A DNA stretch of 64,000 nt from a virus. Position 1 is the first letter of the stretch. Every line of letters starts with the position of its first letter. The stretch lies in the IMG/VR virus record IMGVR_UViG_3300025818_000017, one strand, 5' to 3'. Of the stretch, positions 36,815-45,897 are shown one piece after another. The notes below the pieces were generated by a model. The model did not search any database, was not told the origin of the DNA, and worked only from the letters and a program-made list of their open reading frames with translations. The position numbers and the translations under genes are program-made.

Positions 36815-37168
36815 ATGAAACAAAAGAATAGATACTTCCTTGCGTATTACGCTATGAAACCACGCAAAGGTGCGCCTACCCACCTAAAGGGTTGGATGAA
36901 TGATGACCGTAATGTTCAATGGGACGAGCGAGTTATGTTCCGTGAAGGTCTAAAGAAGAATGACATGATTGAAGCACAAGTTGTTCTTGACCTTGATGAT
37001 AAAAAGGTTATGAAAAACTGGAAAGCCGATGATGGCGAAGGTGGCATGGATTTCAATACACTTTATGAATATTACGAAAAGAACTATAGTAGGTATATTG
37101 AAGACGGTATGAAAGCAAGTAATAAACATCGTGATACGAATATTCAGACCGAAGAAAAAGTGGACTAA
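36815..37168 (+). CDS. hypothetical protein
   Basis: 117 aa ORF. Confidence 0.7.
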   Translation: MKQKNRYFLAYYAMKPRKGAPTHLKGWMNDDRNVQWDERVMFREGLKKNDMIEAQVVLDLDDKKVMKNWKADDGEGGMDFNTLYEYYEKNYSRYIEDGMKASNKHRDTNIQTEEKVD

Positions 37169-37192
37169 TCTTTTCAAGGAAGGCGTCGATAA

Positions 37193-37503
37193 GCTTTTCT
37201 TGAGATATATGAACCACTACGATTTTCCATCCATTTATCACTGTAAATAAACCAGGTTCTTTGAAATGGATAAAAGAACAAGGGTTTGAAACATACAGTA
37301 ATCTATTTGATGAAAGTTATGATGATGAACTTGATGATGAAAAAAGATTGAAGAAAGTTCTTGACAATATTCACCATATAGAATATGATGATTTGACAAT
37401 ACAAAAAATGGAACATAATCATTATCATTTTTATGATGAGGCACAGGTTGTAAAACGTGCCGAAGAAGAAATCATAAATCCATTACGAGAGATTTTAGAA
37501 TGA
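37193..37503 (+). pseudogene. 5'-truncated, frameshifted remnant of the 40435/57552 glycosyltransferase-like family
   Basis: Frame HPFITVNKPGSLKWIKEQGFETYSNLFDESYD matches paralogue C-termini; preceded by in-frame stops; EIYEPLRF lies in another frame. Confidence 0.6.
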
Positions 37504-38060
37504 TTGATAGTAAAGAGGTTTTATATTCTGCGGGGAATAATGATGAATGTTATACACCCGATTACGCAGTAAAACCTATTCTAGAATATATACCAGAAGG
37601 AGCGATGGTGTGGTGTCCGTTTGATAAACCAGAAAGCGAGTTTGTCAAACAGATATCAAAACAAAATCCTGTTACGTATTCTCATATTGATAACGGGCAA
37701 GATTTCTTTGAGTATGAACCGACACATTGGGATGTGATGGTGTCTAATCCCCCATTCACCAATAAGCGTAAGTTCTTTGAGAGGGCGCTGGCGTTTGAGA
37801 AACCATTTGCTTTGATTATGGCTAATACTTGGCTAAATGATTCTGCTCCAAAACAGTTATTTCGTGATAAGGATTTACAGTTGTTGATGTTTGAACAGCG
37901 TATGAAGTTTCATATGGCTAATGGCAAGGACAACGATAAAATCACATTTTCGTCCAGTTATTACTGCTGGAACTTTTTACCCAAGCAGATTATTATGAAG
38001 TCGTTGGATATTCCAAAGAAAAAAAACACAAAATACGACAAGTTTTTTGAGGAAAAATAA
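37500..38060 (+). CDS. putative DNA adenine methyltransferase
   Basis: NDECYTP, WCPFD, GQDFF, VSNPPF. Confidence 0.75.
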   Translation: MIDSKEVLYSAGNNDECYTPDYAVKPILEYIPEGAMVWCPFDKPESEFVKQISKQNPVTYSHIDNGQDFFEYEPTHWDVMVSNPPFTNKRKFFERALAFEKPFALIMANTWLNDSAPKQLFRDKDLQLLMFEQRMKFHMANGKDNDKITFSSSYYCWNFLPKQIIMKSLDIPKKKNTKYDKFFEEK

Positions 38061-38338
38061 TGTTTGACGAGAAATGCATGGAAGCCATTTCCAATTCAAA
38101 TATGATGGTTCCTTGGTATTTGATGGCGGCGTATGCTTATTACGAACAAGATGAACCTATCCTTTCTGATGGTATGTTTGATGGTATGGCGAAGGCTATG
38201 TTGGAAAAGTGGGATACCATAGAGCATTGGCACAAAGACCTTATCACCACGGACGATCTTGAGGCTGGTTCATTACTTCTAAAAGATTACCCTGACAGGG
38301 TAAAATATGCCGTGGAAAATCTGAAAAAAAGTGCTTGA
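38060..38338 (+). CDS. stand-alone NAD-dependent DNA ligase domain Ia-like protein
   Basis: YLMAAYAYYEQDEPILSDGMFD matches the Y-Y..D.P.(I)SD..(Y/F)D motif. Confidence 0.7.
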   Translation: MFDEKCMEAISNSNMMVPWYLMAAYAYYEQDEPILSDGMFDGMAKAMLEKWDTIEHWHKDLITTDDLEAGSLLLKDYPDRVKYAVENLKKSA

Positions 38339-38655
38339 CAATCTCCCAATCTGTGCTATACTATATTTGTAAGTTGAGAAAAGGAGTTTCCAAATGATCA
38401 GCATCCCGTCTTTTTATCGTGTAGAAATGGACTTCAACGATGCGCGTGAAACCATCACCCGTCAGTCGCTGAATGGCGACCTTCTGGCCGGGATGGAAGG
38501 CTTCCAGAATCGCTGGAACCATCACTGCAAGCAAGACATTATTACCGATGACGAATTCTTCGAATGCTGGGGATACGAAGCCAACGCATACAACGTTATT
38601 TGGGAAGGTTTCAGCAAACTTTTCGCTTGACAAATAGCCAATCTGTGCTATACTA
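38333..38655 (+). repeat. duplicated 31-bp early promoter (38333-38363 and 38625-38655)
   Basis: GCTTGACAA-N4-CCAATCTGTGCTATACTA twice, 27/31 identical. Confidence 0.9.
38394..38630 (+). CDS. hypothetical early protein
   Basis: SD AAGGAG; lies between the duplicated promoters. Confidence 0.75.
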   Translation: MISIPSFYRVEMDFNDARETITRQSLNGDLLAGMEGFQNRWNHHCKQDIITDDEFFECWGYEANAYNVIWEGFSKLFA

Positions 38656-38683
38656 AGACATAATCAAATGATGGAGATACAGA

Positions 38684-39514
38684 ATGGCTCGTTTCAATAA
38701 GCAACCGATGAACAAAGAAACCTACGAACTCCGTGAAGTTCTGGCGGTTGCCGTTGCTGTGAATGAACTGAATATCCAAGTTTCTCCCGAAACCAACGGT
38801 TATATCAAATCGTCCTATCCTGTTATCACCCGTGTATTTGGTTCGGAAACAGAGAAAGTTGCTGTTCCCGAAGGTTATGACTTCAAATACGATGAAGAAC
38901 TGTTCGTTTTCAGCAATCGTGATTTGGTCAAAGAACATTTCGGTATGGGTACGCTGAACAAATGGCATCCCGAAAAGAACAACATTCCCGCCTTTGAGAT
39001 TACCGACGAGCATCGTGCCGAAGCCGATAAGATTATCAAGCACTTCAATAAACTGATGTTTGATGCGTTGGCTGGTAATCTTGATGATAACGGTTTCAAG
39101 TCTGCCCTGTATGAACTGTTCAACAAGGAAGATGGTAAAATCATTTCCCGTGATTTCGGGTTGACTGCCTGTGTTCCCAGCGCATACTTGAATGACATTG
39201 CTGCCGAAGAGCGCAAGAAAGCAGAGCGTGAGATTGCTAAAGTCAGCAACTATATCGGCAACGTTGGTCAGAAGATTGATGTGGTTATTGAAATCACCAA
39301 TAGCAAGTGGATTGAAAAGTTTGGTTGCTATGTATATAATGCGGTTGAGAATGACCAGAATGCGGTTTCGTTCTTCACGCAGAAAGAACCCGCCGCCTTT
39401 GGTAAAAAGTGCCGTGTTACTGGTAAGGTGAAGCGCACCGATGTAAGCAACTACACCAACGCCAAAGAAACTGTGTTGAACTATGTAAAAGTTGTGGATT
39501 TGATGGAAGAGTAA
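38684..39514 (+). CDS. early protein with C-terminal OB-fold-like domain
   Basis: SD GGAG; SNYIGNVGQKIDVVIEIT...CRVTGKVK. Confidence 0.7.
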   Translation: MARFNKQPMNKETYELREVLAVAVAVNELNIQVSPETNGYIKSSYPVITRVFGSETEKVAVPEGYDFKYDEELFVFSNRDLVKEHFGMGTLNKWHPEKNNIPAFEITDEHRAEADKIIKHFNKLMFDALAGNLDDNGFKSALYELFNKEDGKIISRDFGLTACVPSAYLNDIAAEERKKAEREIAKVSNYIGNVGQKIDVVIEITNSKWIEKFGCYVYNAVENDQNAVSFFTQKEPAAFGKKCRVTGKVKRTDVSNYTNAKETVLNYVKVVDLMEE

Positions 39515-39526
39515 GAAAGGAAAGAT

Positions 39527-40117
39527 ATGAAAGATAAACGAATACTAACAGATTTTGATGGAGTTCTTGGAAACTGGATTGAGAGTTTTGAGGTATGGCT
39601 CAAGGAAGCCTATGGTAAAGAACTTGAGCCAGAGCAACCTGGGATTTACAAAGTTGAGCATCGTGTAAGTGGTTTCACAAGTGTAGAAGCCCACGAACTT
39701 GTGCATGAGTTCAACCGCACAGAATACATTAGGAATCTTTCCCCATTCCGCGATAGTCAAAAGTATGTCCAAAAGTTATATGATGAAGGATATACCTTCC
39801 AGTGTATCACTGCTATTGAGGATAGTCCAGAAATCTATGAACGCCGATGGCAGAACTTGAAAGACTTGTTCGGTCCAGCAGTTGATAAACTTACACTCAC
39901 TGGCGATATGCCTAACAAAATCCATCACTTGACGAAGTATCGCAATACTGGTCGTTTCTGGATTGAGGATAGCGTGGATAATGCGAAGGATGGACACGAA
40001 CTTGGATTAGAAACCATTCTGGTAAAGCATAGCCATACAGTTGATTTCACACACGATGATATTCATCCAGTAGATACTTGGGAAGAAATCTATGAAATCA
40101 TCAAAAGTCAAGGGTAA
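39527..40117 (+). CDS. HAD-family 5'(3')-deoxyribonucleotidase
   Basis: ILTDFDGVL (DxD), CITA, FWIEDS..N. Confidence 0.85.
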   Translation: MKDKRILTDFDGVLGNWIESFEVWLKEAYGKELEPEQPGIYKVEHRVSGFTSVEAHELVHEFNRTEYIRNLSPFRDSQKYVQKLYDEGYTFQCITAIEDSPEIYERRWQNLKDLFGPAVDKLTLTGDMPNKIHHLTKYRNTGRFWIEDSVDNAKDGHELGLETILVKHSHTVDFTHDDIHPVDTWEEIYEIIKSQG

Positions 40118-40427
40118 CATCTTAGATACTTGGCATCGTCGCACTCTAACTGTTTGGGAGTTGTGTAAAGGCGAGTTTCCCCATAAAGACATTAAACTTA
40201 AATATAGGCCAGGATTTTGGGAACCAGATGAAGAATCATTCAATCTATCAATGGAGTGTAACACAAGCGTACAAGCGATTGCGGAATGTAGGTATTATTA
40301 TCTTGAAGATTGGCTGGCGAGTAGATGTACTGGTTATTTTCTATTGATTGCGGATAACAAATCAAAGTCATATAATATCTACTTTGAGGAAGAGAAAGAC
40401 TTGACATTCTTCAATCTTTCTTGGTAA
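40092..40427 (+). CDS. hypothetical protein, F-x3-D-x3-F-x-L-x-W family
   Basis: C-terminus IYFEEEKDLTFFNLSW. Confidence 0.65.
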   Translation: MKSSKVKGNILDTWHRRTLTVWELCKGEFPHKDIKLKYRPGFWEPDEESFNLSMECNTSVQAIAECRYYYLEDWLASRCTGYFLLIADNKSKSYNIYFEEEKDLTFFNLSW

Positions 40428-40434
40428 ATAGTGG

Positions 40435-41709
40435 ATGATTTATTTTATTCGTGAACATAAAGATAAATTAAATGGATATAGCTTAGAGAAGAAATGGCTT
40501 GAATATATCAATAATCCTAATCGTTATCATCCGTTTTCTGCCCACGGTGATGAATACATAGAAGACCTGATAAATATTATTTCATTTCAAGAATATCTAT
40601 CCTTGACTAAAACACCAGAGGATTCTTTTTTTTATATATTTCAAATCCGTGATCCTTATATTGCTTTTCATGCTGACTTCAATATATTGGATTATATAGA
40701 TAATAAAGACATAATATCTTACTTACAAACAGGTGAAATCCAGATATTAGTATTATTGGGTCTGGAAGAATTTAATATTTTTAATTTAGATTATGTTGGA
40801 GTGCCAAGGCATGATGTAAGAAACTTTTATGAACATACCCCTATTGGGTTAATAGAATGCCATTTGAACAAATACAATATACCAACAAAACATTTTCATT
40901 ACGCATCGCCATTATATAAACCCATGATAAATGAAAATATACACAAACTAAAGACGATGGGGGTATCAAATAATTTTAACTTTTATATGTATGATTCGTT
41001 TATTAACCAATATAGTGACTTGTGCAATTACTATAATCCATCCATTGATTCACCCATTGACGTAAAAACAACAAAACTCTATTCTTGTTTGAATTATGGA
41101 ATACCAAAGAAACATAGAAGTGAAATGGTGTATCAATTATGGAAAAACGATTTATTAGAATATGGAAATGTGAGTTTAAAAGAAACGCTCGGTGATTATG
41201 ATGTTGAATTTACTAAACTTCTTCCATTAAAATTAGATGGCAAGGTAAATCATCATTATTCTTTTGATAATAATTTAATAATTCACACCGAAAAAGAACT
41301 ATTAGATGATACGTTCATCTATATATCGTGCGAAACACATCTTGAAGGTAATGTGTGTTATATCACGGAAAAGACATGGAAGGCAATATTACATAAGAAA
41401 CCATTTTTCATAATTGGTGATAATGGCAGTTTAGCAAAATTACGTGATATGGGATTTAGAACATTTGATAAGTGGTGGAACGAAGATTACGATTATTATG
41501 ATGATAATCGGAAAATAGAATTTGTCATTTATGTACTAAAAAAACTTGCTAAAAAATCTCCGTCAGAAAGAAAACTGTGGTTTGATGCTTGTGGTGATAT
41601 TAACGAGGTATTAGATCATAATTACAAAACTCTGAAATCATATAAAGATAAGATGATTTCAGAGTTTCTAGAACAATTACAAGATAATTATCAGGCTACA
41701 TCACCATAA
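40435..41709 (+). CDS. glycosyltransferase-like hypothetical protein (AT-rich)
   Basis: YSCLNY..HR, ISCETH, ITEKTWKAILHKKPFFIIG..GFRTFDKWWNEDYD; paralogue of 57552. Confidence 0.6.
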   Translation: MIYFIREHKDKLNGYSLEKKWLEYINNPNRYHPFSAHGDEYIEDLINIISFQEYLSLTKTPEDSFFYIFQIRDPYIAFHADFNILDYIDNKDIISYLQTGEIQILVLLGLEEFNIFNLDYVGVPRHDVRNFYEHTPIGLIECHLNKYNIPTKHFHYASPLYKPMINENIHKLKTMGVSNNFNFYMYDSFINQYSDLCNYYNPSIDSPIDVKTTKLYSCLNYGIPKKHRSEMVYQLWKNDLLEYGNVSLKETLGDYDVEFTKLLPLKLDGKVNHHYSFDNNLIIHTEKELLDDTFIYISCETHLEGNVCYITEKTWKAILHKKPFFIIGDNGSLAKLRDMGFRTFDKWWNEDYDYYDDNRKIEFVIYVLKKLAKKSPSERKLWFDACGDINEVLDHNYKTLKSYKDKMISEFLEQLQDNYQATSP

Positions 41710-42419
41710 ATGTCAAGTACTTCTTTGACTGCTGGGTGTCGTTCAATATCCTGATTGATAAACTCAGTTAGAGCGATGTATTCGCTGTTCTTGAACTTAG
41801 CCAATAGTTGTTTAAAGTCTAGAAGACCATTATCCTTATCTTTGCGGTCTGCTTGTTTAATATCACCAGTGATAACCATCTGGCTACCTTCACCCAAACG
41901 GGTTAGTAGCATCTTCATTTGATTCGGTGTAGCGTTTTGCATTTCATCAGCAATAATGAAGGCTTTCTTGAACGTGCGCCCCCTCATGAACGCAAGCGGT
42001 GAAATCTCAATAACACCTTCTTCTAGGTATTGCTTAATAGTCTTTGGTGAATAATATTCTTCCATCACATCAAAGATAGGTTTGGTCCAAGGTTCCATTT
42101 TAGCATTTAGGTCACCTGGAAGGAAGCCGTGTTTTTCATCATCCACACCAACGGCTGGGCGTGTTACAATAATCTTTTCTATATCTCCTTGTTTGAATGC
42201 TTTTAGTGCTGCCAAAACGGCCAACATGGTTTTACCAGTACCCGCTGGGCCTGTTGCAAATACCATAAGTTTTTCTGGATTTAGTAGGTGGTCAATATAT
42301 TCTTCTTGATTTAATGACCTTGGAATTAGTTGAACATTTTGCTTTCTCTGCACATATTCGTTGAATTGAATTGTGTTATCTTTTCTTTCACGCTTCATAG
42401 CACGTTGTTTTCTGGACAT
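41691..42419 (-). CDS. phoH: PhoH-family ATPase
   Basis: ATGPAGTGKT, IIVTRPAV, GFLPGDL..KMEPW, PLAFMRGRTF, ADEMQNAT..QMKMLLTRLGEGS, VITGD..Q.D, IERHP. Confidence 0.95.
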   Translation of the reverse strand: MSRKQRAMKRERKDNTIQFNEYVQRKQNVQLIPRSLNQEEYIDHLLNPEKLMVFATGPAGTGKTMLAVLAALKAFKQGDIEKIIVTRPAVGVDDEKHGFLPGDLNAKMEPWTKPIFDVMEEYYSPKTIKQYLEEGVIEISPLAFMRGRTFKKAFIIADEMQNATPNQMKMLLTRLGEGSQMVITGDIKQADRKDKDNGLLDFKQLLAKFKNSEYIALTEFINQDIERHPAVKEVLDIYGDVA

Positions 42420-42511
42420 ATGTTTCCTTCTCCATTTTATATGGTGAGCGAAGGTAAACACTCTATGCTTTTATTGCGAACCGTGTCTACCTCGGCTCAC
42501 ATTGTATTTAC
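42420..42511 (-). promoter_or_regulatory. late promoter and long hairpin leader of phoH
   Basis: Minus strand GTAAATA, then an 18-bp stem (42444-42461 with 42483-42500, one mismatch), then CCAT/ATGG next to the SD. Confidence 0.7.
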
Positions 42512-42548
42512 TTCTAAACTTTTTTTTAGATGTTGGTATATTATAAAT

Positions 42549-43418
42549 TTATATACTGGATAAAAGGGGCACTAAATCTTTCATCAAGGTAGGAAACTCG
42601 TTTAAACCATCGCATTTAATTTCATATCCAGACTTTCGCAAATTGTGCTGTATATACGCTTCGTCAATGACTGACGGATTAACCAATGTACCATCCCCAT
42701 TAATATATCTCTGTATCATATTATATTTGTTAATATGTTCTTGGTGATCGAGCATTAGGTTATAATCGTTGCATATGTGATCGTAATCGTTGAATGTTAC
42801 GATTTTGGATAAACTAGACATAACTTTATTAAAGTCATTTAACACCCACGAGTAGTCTATGCAAACGACACCATCCATATTCATAAAGATATCCTTGTTA
42901 TGATATTCAATCTCATCAATGAACGAGTCAAACATATATAGACTTAAAAATTCACGCTGCACCCACCTGTCGATGTCATTTACTTCTACACTATACGAAA
43001 TTCCCCATGGATTATAAATCTTACTTTGTACGTCAATGTTATTTCTTTTAAGGTATCTCTCAAACGTCATGTCTAGTTTAGAAAATAAGTTATTCAACAC
43101 AATAATATGTGTATCTTCTGCGAATGGGTACACGTATACTACTTTATCTGCATATTCTAAAAGAAGTTTTATATTTTCTTCAATGCTATCATTAGGATCG
43201 CTTTTCGGATGAGTCTTAATAAAAGGCGATGCTGCATACTTGTGACTAGTAACGAAATCCTGACAGGACTTTGCAGTAGAACCTTGATAGTTATGGGCGC
43301 TACCACCAACAGATAAAAAGTCTCTGTTTTTATTAACCCCAATTGTACTGTAAGTGTCAAGTATGTACTGTAAGAAAGTTCCTTGGCATCCTCCTGGAAA
43401 TATAATGGGTACAATCAT
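42549..43418 (-). CDS. hypothetical protein, sulfotransferase/P-loop-like
   Basis: IIFPGGCQGTFL N-terminus; ATGA-coupled to 43415-43936. Confidence 0.55.
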   Translation of the reverse strand: MIVPIIFPGGCQGTFLQYILDTYSTIGVNKNRDFLSVGGSAHNYQGSTAKSCQDFVTSHKYAASPFIKTHPKSDPNDSIEENIKLLLEYADKVVYVYPFAEDTHIIVLNNLFSKLDMTFERYLKRNNIDVQSKIYNPWGISYSVEVNDIDRWVQREFLSLYMFDSFIDEIEYHNKDIFMNMDGVVCIDYSWVLNDFNKVMSSLSKIVTFNDYDHICNDYNLMLDHQEHINKYNMIQRYINGDGTLVNPSVIDEAYIQHNLRKSGYEIKCDGLNEFPTLMKDLVPLLSSI

Positions 43419-43936
43419 ATTTTAATCCATTCCGAATATATACGATTCCCGTCTTTCTGCATATCTGCAACCTCGTATCCGTACATATCAGCGAACATAT
43501 ATAATTTCCCTTCGTCCCAATCAAATACATCTATATTATTGAAGTGGTCGTTTCCGTGATCATATCTCCCGGGATTACAACGCCAGTAAATCCTACCACT
43601 GTTCAAGCACTTGTCGATTTTATCTAGTTGGTTATTGATAGTATCTTGGTTACCAAAATTTATTGACCCTAAACAAAACGCAACATCAAACTTATTAGTG
43701 GTATAGAAGTCTTCAATCGCTACAACCTCGTCAGCACCTACGTCTGTAATATCGATACCATAAACACGATCACCAAGATATGGCTTAAAAGGGTTTGTAC
43801 CACAACCAACATCCAACACATTTTCATGTGGTCCGATCTTATCCAATAATGCCCATCCAGTGTACGTATACTGATCTAAAGATCGATCACGTTCAAGCCA
43901 GGTTGTGGAGAAATATTCTTTAAGTAATGTACGCAT
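43415..43936 (-). CDS. class I SAM-dependent methyltransferase
   Basis: VLDVGCGTNPF, VYGID, FDVAFCLGSINF. Confidence 0.85.
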   Translation of the reverse strand: MRTLLKEYFSTTWLERDRSLDQYTYTGWALLDKIGPHENVLDVGCGTNPFKPYLGDRVYGIDITDVGADEVVAIEDFYTTNKFDVAFCLGSINFGNQDTINNQLDKIDKCLNSGRIYWRCNPGRYDHGNDHFNNIDVFDWDEGKLYMFADMYGYEVADMQKDGNRIYSEWIKI

Positions 43937-43948
43937 ATAAATATTTAG
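43937..43948. promoter_or_regulatory. 12-bp bidirectional late promoter
   Basis: CAT-ATAAATATTTAG-ATG: ATAAATA on + and CTAAATA on -, each 5 nt before a start codon. Confidence 0.75.
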
Positions 43949-44473
43949 ATGATAGGATTACCAGATAAAATATTCTTTTGTGGTGCCCCCGGTAGTAGGT
44001 GGAGTGGTGTAGCACAAGAGATTGAAAAACACCCAGCAATAGATATATCAGATAGAACACCCGAAAGAAAGTACACACATCATGATTTCGGTGGTCATAT
44101 CGGCGCATACTTTGGAACTGGAATGGAGTTTCCAGCAGACCTTGACTATGATAATCTTTGTAGTCCATATAAAGGATACGGAATACCTTTACTCAAATCC
44201 CACGAATGGTGTTATAAGTTTGACGAGATTATAGAAAAGTTTCCAAAAGATTGGATTACAGTTGTTTATCGTAATAATAGGAAATGCTATAACTGGTGGA
44301 AGGAAGCTGGCGGATGGGATATCACATATCCAAACTACGATTGGTATGAAGACGATTACGTTATGATTGAAAAAATCCAGGCACAAAATAAACTAATAGT
44401 TGACTTTGTTGAGCGATTTGGGTTACAATGGACTCATAAGGACGATATAAGTATCGCCACATATAAACCATAA
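43949..44473 (+). CDS. hypothetical protein, sulfotransferase/P-loop-like
   Basis: IFFCGAPGSRWSGV, LLKSH. Confidence 0.6.
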   Translation: MIGLPDKIFFCGAPGSRWSGVAQEIEKHPAIDISDRTPERKYTHHDFGGHIGAYFGTGMEFPADLDYDNLCSPYKGYGIPLLKSHEWCYKFDEIIEKFPKDWITVVYRNNRKCYNWWKEAGGWDITYPNYDWYEDDYVMIEKIQAQNKLIVDFVERFGLQWTHKDDISIATYKP

Positions 44474-45897
44474 TGATAGAAATAACAGCACTAATCGCTG
44501 GCATCCTATATGGGCTGGTGATTGGTATTATACCAGCAGCAGGAGCAACTACAGGACTAGTAGCAACATACGCAGTTTTGCCTGTGTTTATTGCTGACCC
44601 ATATGCTGGTGTCATATTCCTAATGGCAGTGGTAGCAGCATCCACCACAGCAGATAGCTTCACAAGTATATTACTTGGTATTCCTGGTGCTAACAGTTCA
44701 GCAGCAACGATGGTAGACGGTTTCCCGCTTGCTCAACAGGGTAGAGCATCATATGCCATATCAGCAGCAGTAACAACCTCAACGGTGAATGGATTGCTAT
44801 GGGGCGGCATCGTATTCCTATTCTTACCATACTATACCGAACTTGTGCTATTCTTTGGTATACCAGAGCTATGGGCATTTACTGTTCTAGCGTTGGCTAC
44901 AGTTGGGTTTTTGTCAACCGATAAACCTGTCCGAAGTATTGTAGCGATTGGGGCTGGTATATTCGTTGGGTTGGTTGGTGTTGACCCGACTACAAATGAC
45001 CCACGTTTTACGGCTGGATGGTTTTATCTACAAGATGGTATCCAACTTATTCCAGTTGTTGCTGGATTATTTGCTGTACCAGAGTTGATTGAAGGTTTCA
45101 AAAAACGACAGGCAACGAGTCATGTTGTTAGGAGCGAGCGCATAGAAGGTATGCGAGCGGTATGGCAGAATCGTTGGCTATCGTTGCGAGGCGGATTTAT
45201 TGGTGCGATTGTTGGCCTATTACCTGGACTTGGCGGGGCAGTTAGCGATTGGTTGGCATACGGTCAGACCGTTGCGTTGAATAAGAATGAACAGTTTGGT
45301 AATGGTAATATCAAGGGCGTGATTGGTCCAGAGGGTAGCAACAACGCACAGAAAGCAACCAGTATGCTTCCAACCGTTATATTTGGTATCCCTGGCGCAC
45401 CATTTGCCGCAGTTCTAATGGGACTATTCTTATATATGGGTTTCGATCTTGGATCACCAGATTTGATGTATGATGATAAGTTCTTCCAAAGTCTGAGTAT
45501 TGGTTTCCTTACAGCAACATTATTTGTTGGTATCTTTTCGTTATTATTCGTAAATCTGGTATGCAAGATTACATCTGTACCGTATGTATATTATTTCCCC
45601 TTATTGCTTGCGATGATTGTTTGGGCAAGTATGCAATATACGGGTGGTTGGGAAGACTTGGTTGTATTAGGCATCTTTAGTGTACTTGGTTTTACGATGA
45701 AGTCTTATAAATACAGTAGACCAGCATTCTTGGTCGCATTCATCTTAGCAGACAAAGTAGAAAATTTATCCATACAGTTATTCACCATATATAACTGGGA
45801 TATGTTGGGCGACAGATATCTTTTTATTGCTCTTATTACTTTGACTATTATTACATTCATTTATAGCATTATGAAAGGAAAAACAAACTATGCGTAA
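44473..45897 (+). CDS. tctA: tripartite tricarboxylate transporter large subunit TctA
   Basis: GIIPAAGAT, SILLGIPG..AATMVDGFPLAQQGRA, GLFAVPE, GLLPGLG, GPEGSNNA, FGIPG. Confidence 0.9.
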   Translation: MIEITALIAGILYGLVIGIIPAAGATTGLVATYAVLPVFIADPYAGVIFLMAVVAASTTADSFTSILLGIPGANSSAATMVDGFPLAQQGRASYAISAAVTTSTVNGLLWGGIVFLFLPYYTELVLFFGIPELWAFTVLALATVGFLSTDKPVRSIVAIGAGIFVGLVGVDPTTNDPRFTAGWFYLQDGIQLIPVVAGLFAVPELIEGFKKRQATSHVVRSERIEGMRAVWQNRWLSLRGGFIGAIVGLLPGLGGAVSDWLAYGQTVALNKNEQFGNGNIKGVIGPEGSNNAQKATSMLPTVIFGIPGAPFAAVLMGLFLYMGFDLGSPDLMYDDKFFQSLSIGFLTATLFVGIFSLLFVNLVCKITSVPYVYYFPLLLAMIVWASMQYTGGWEDLVVLGIFSVLGFTMKSYKYSRPAFLVAFILADKVENLSIQLFTIYNWDMLGDRYLFIALITLTIITFIYSIMKGKTNYA

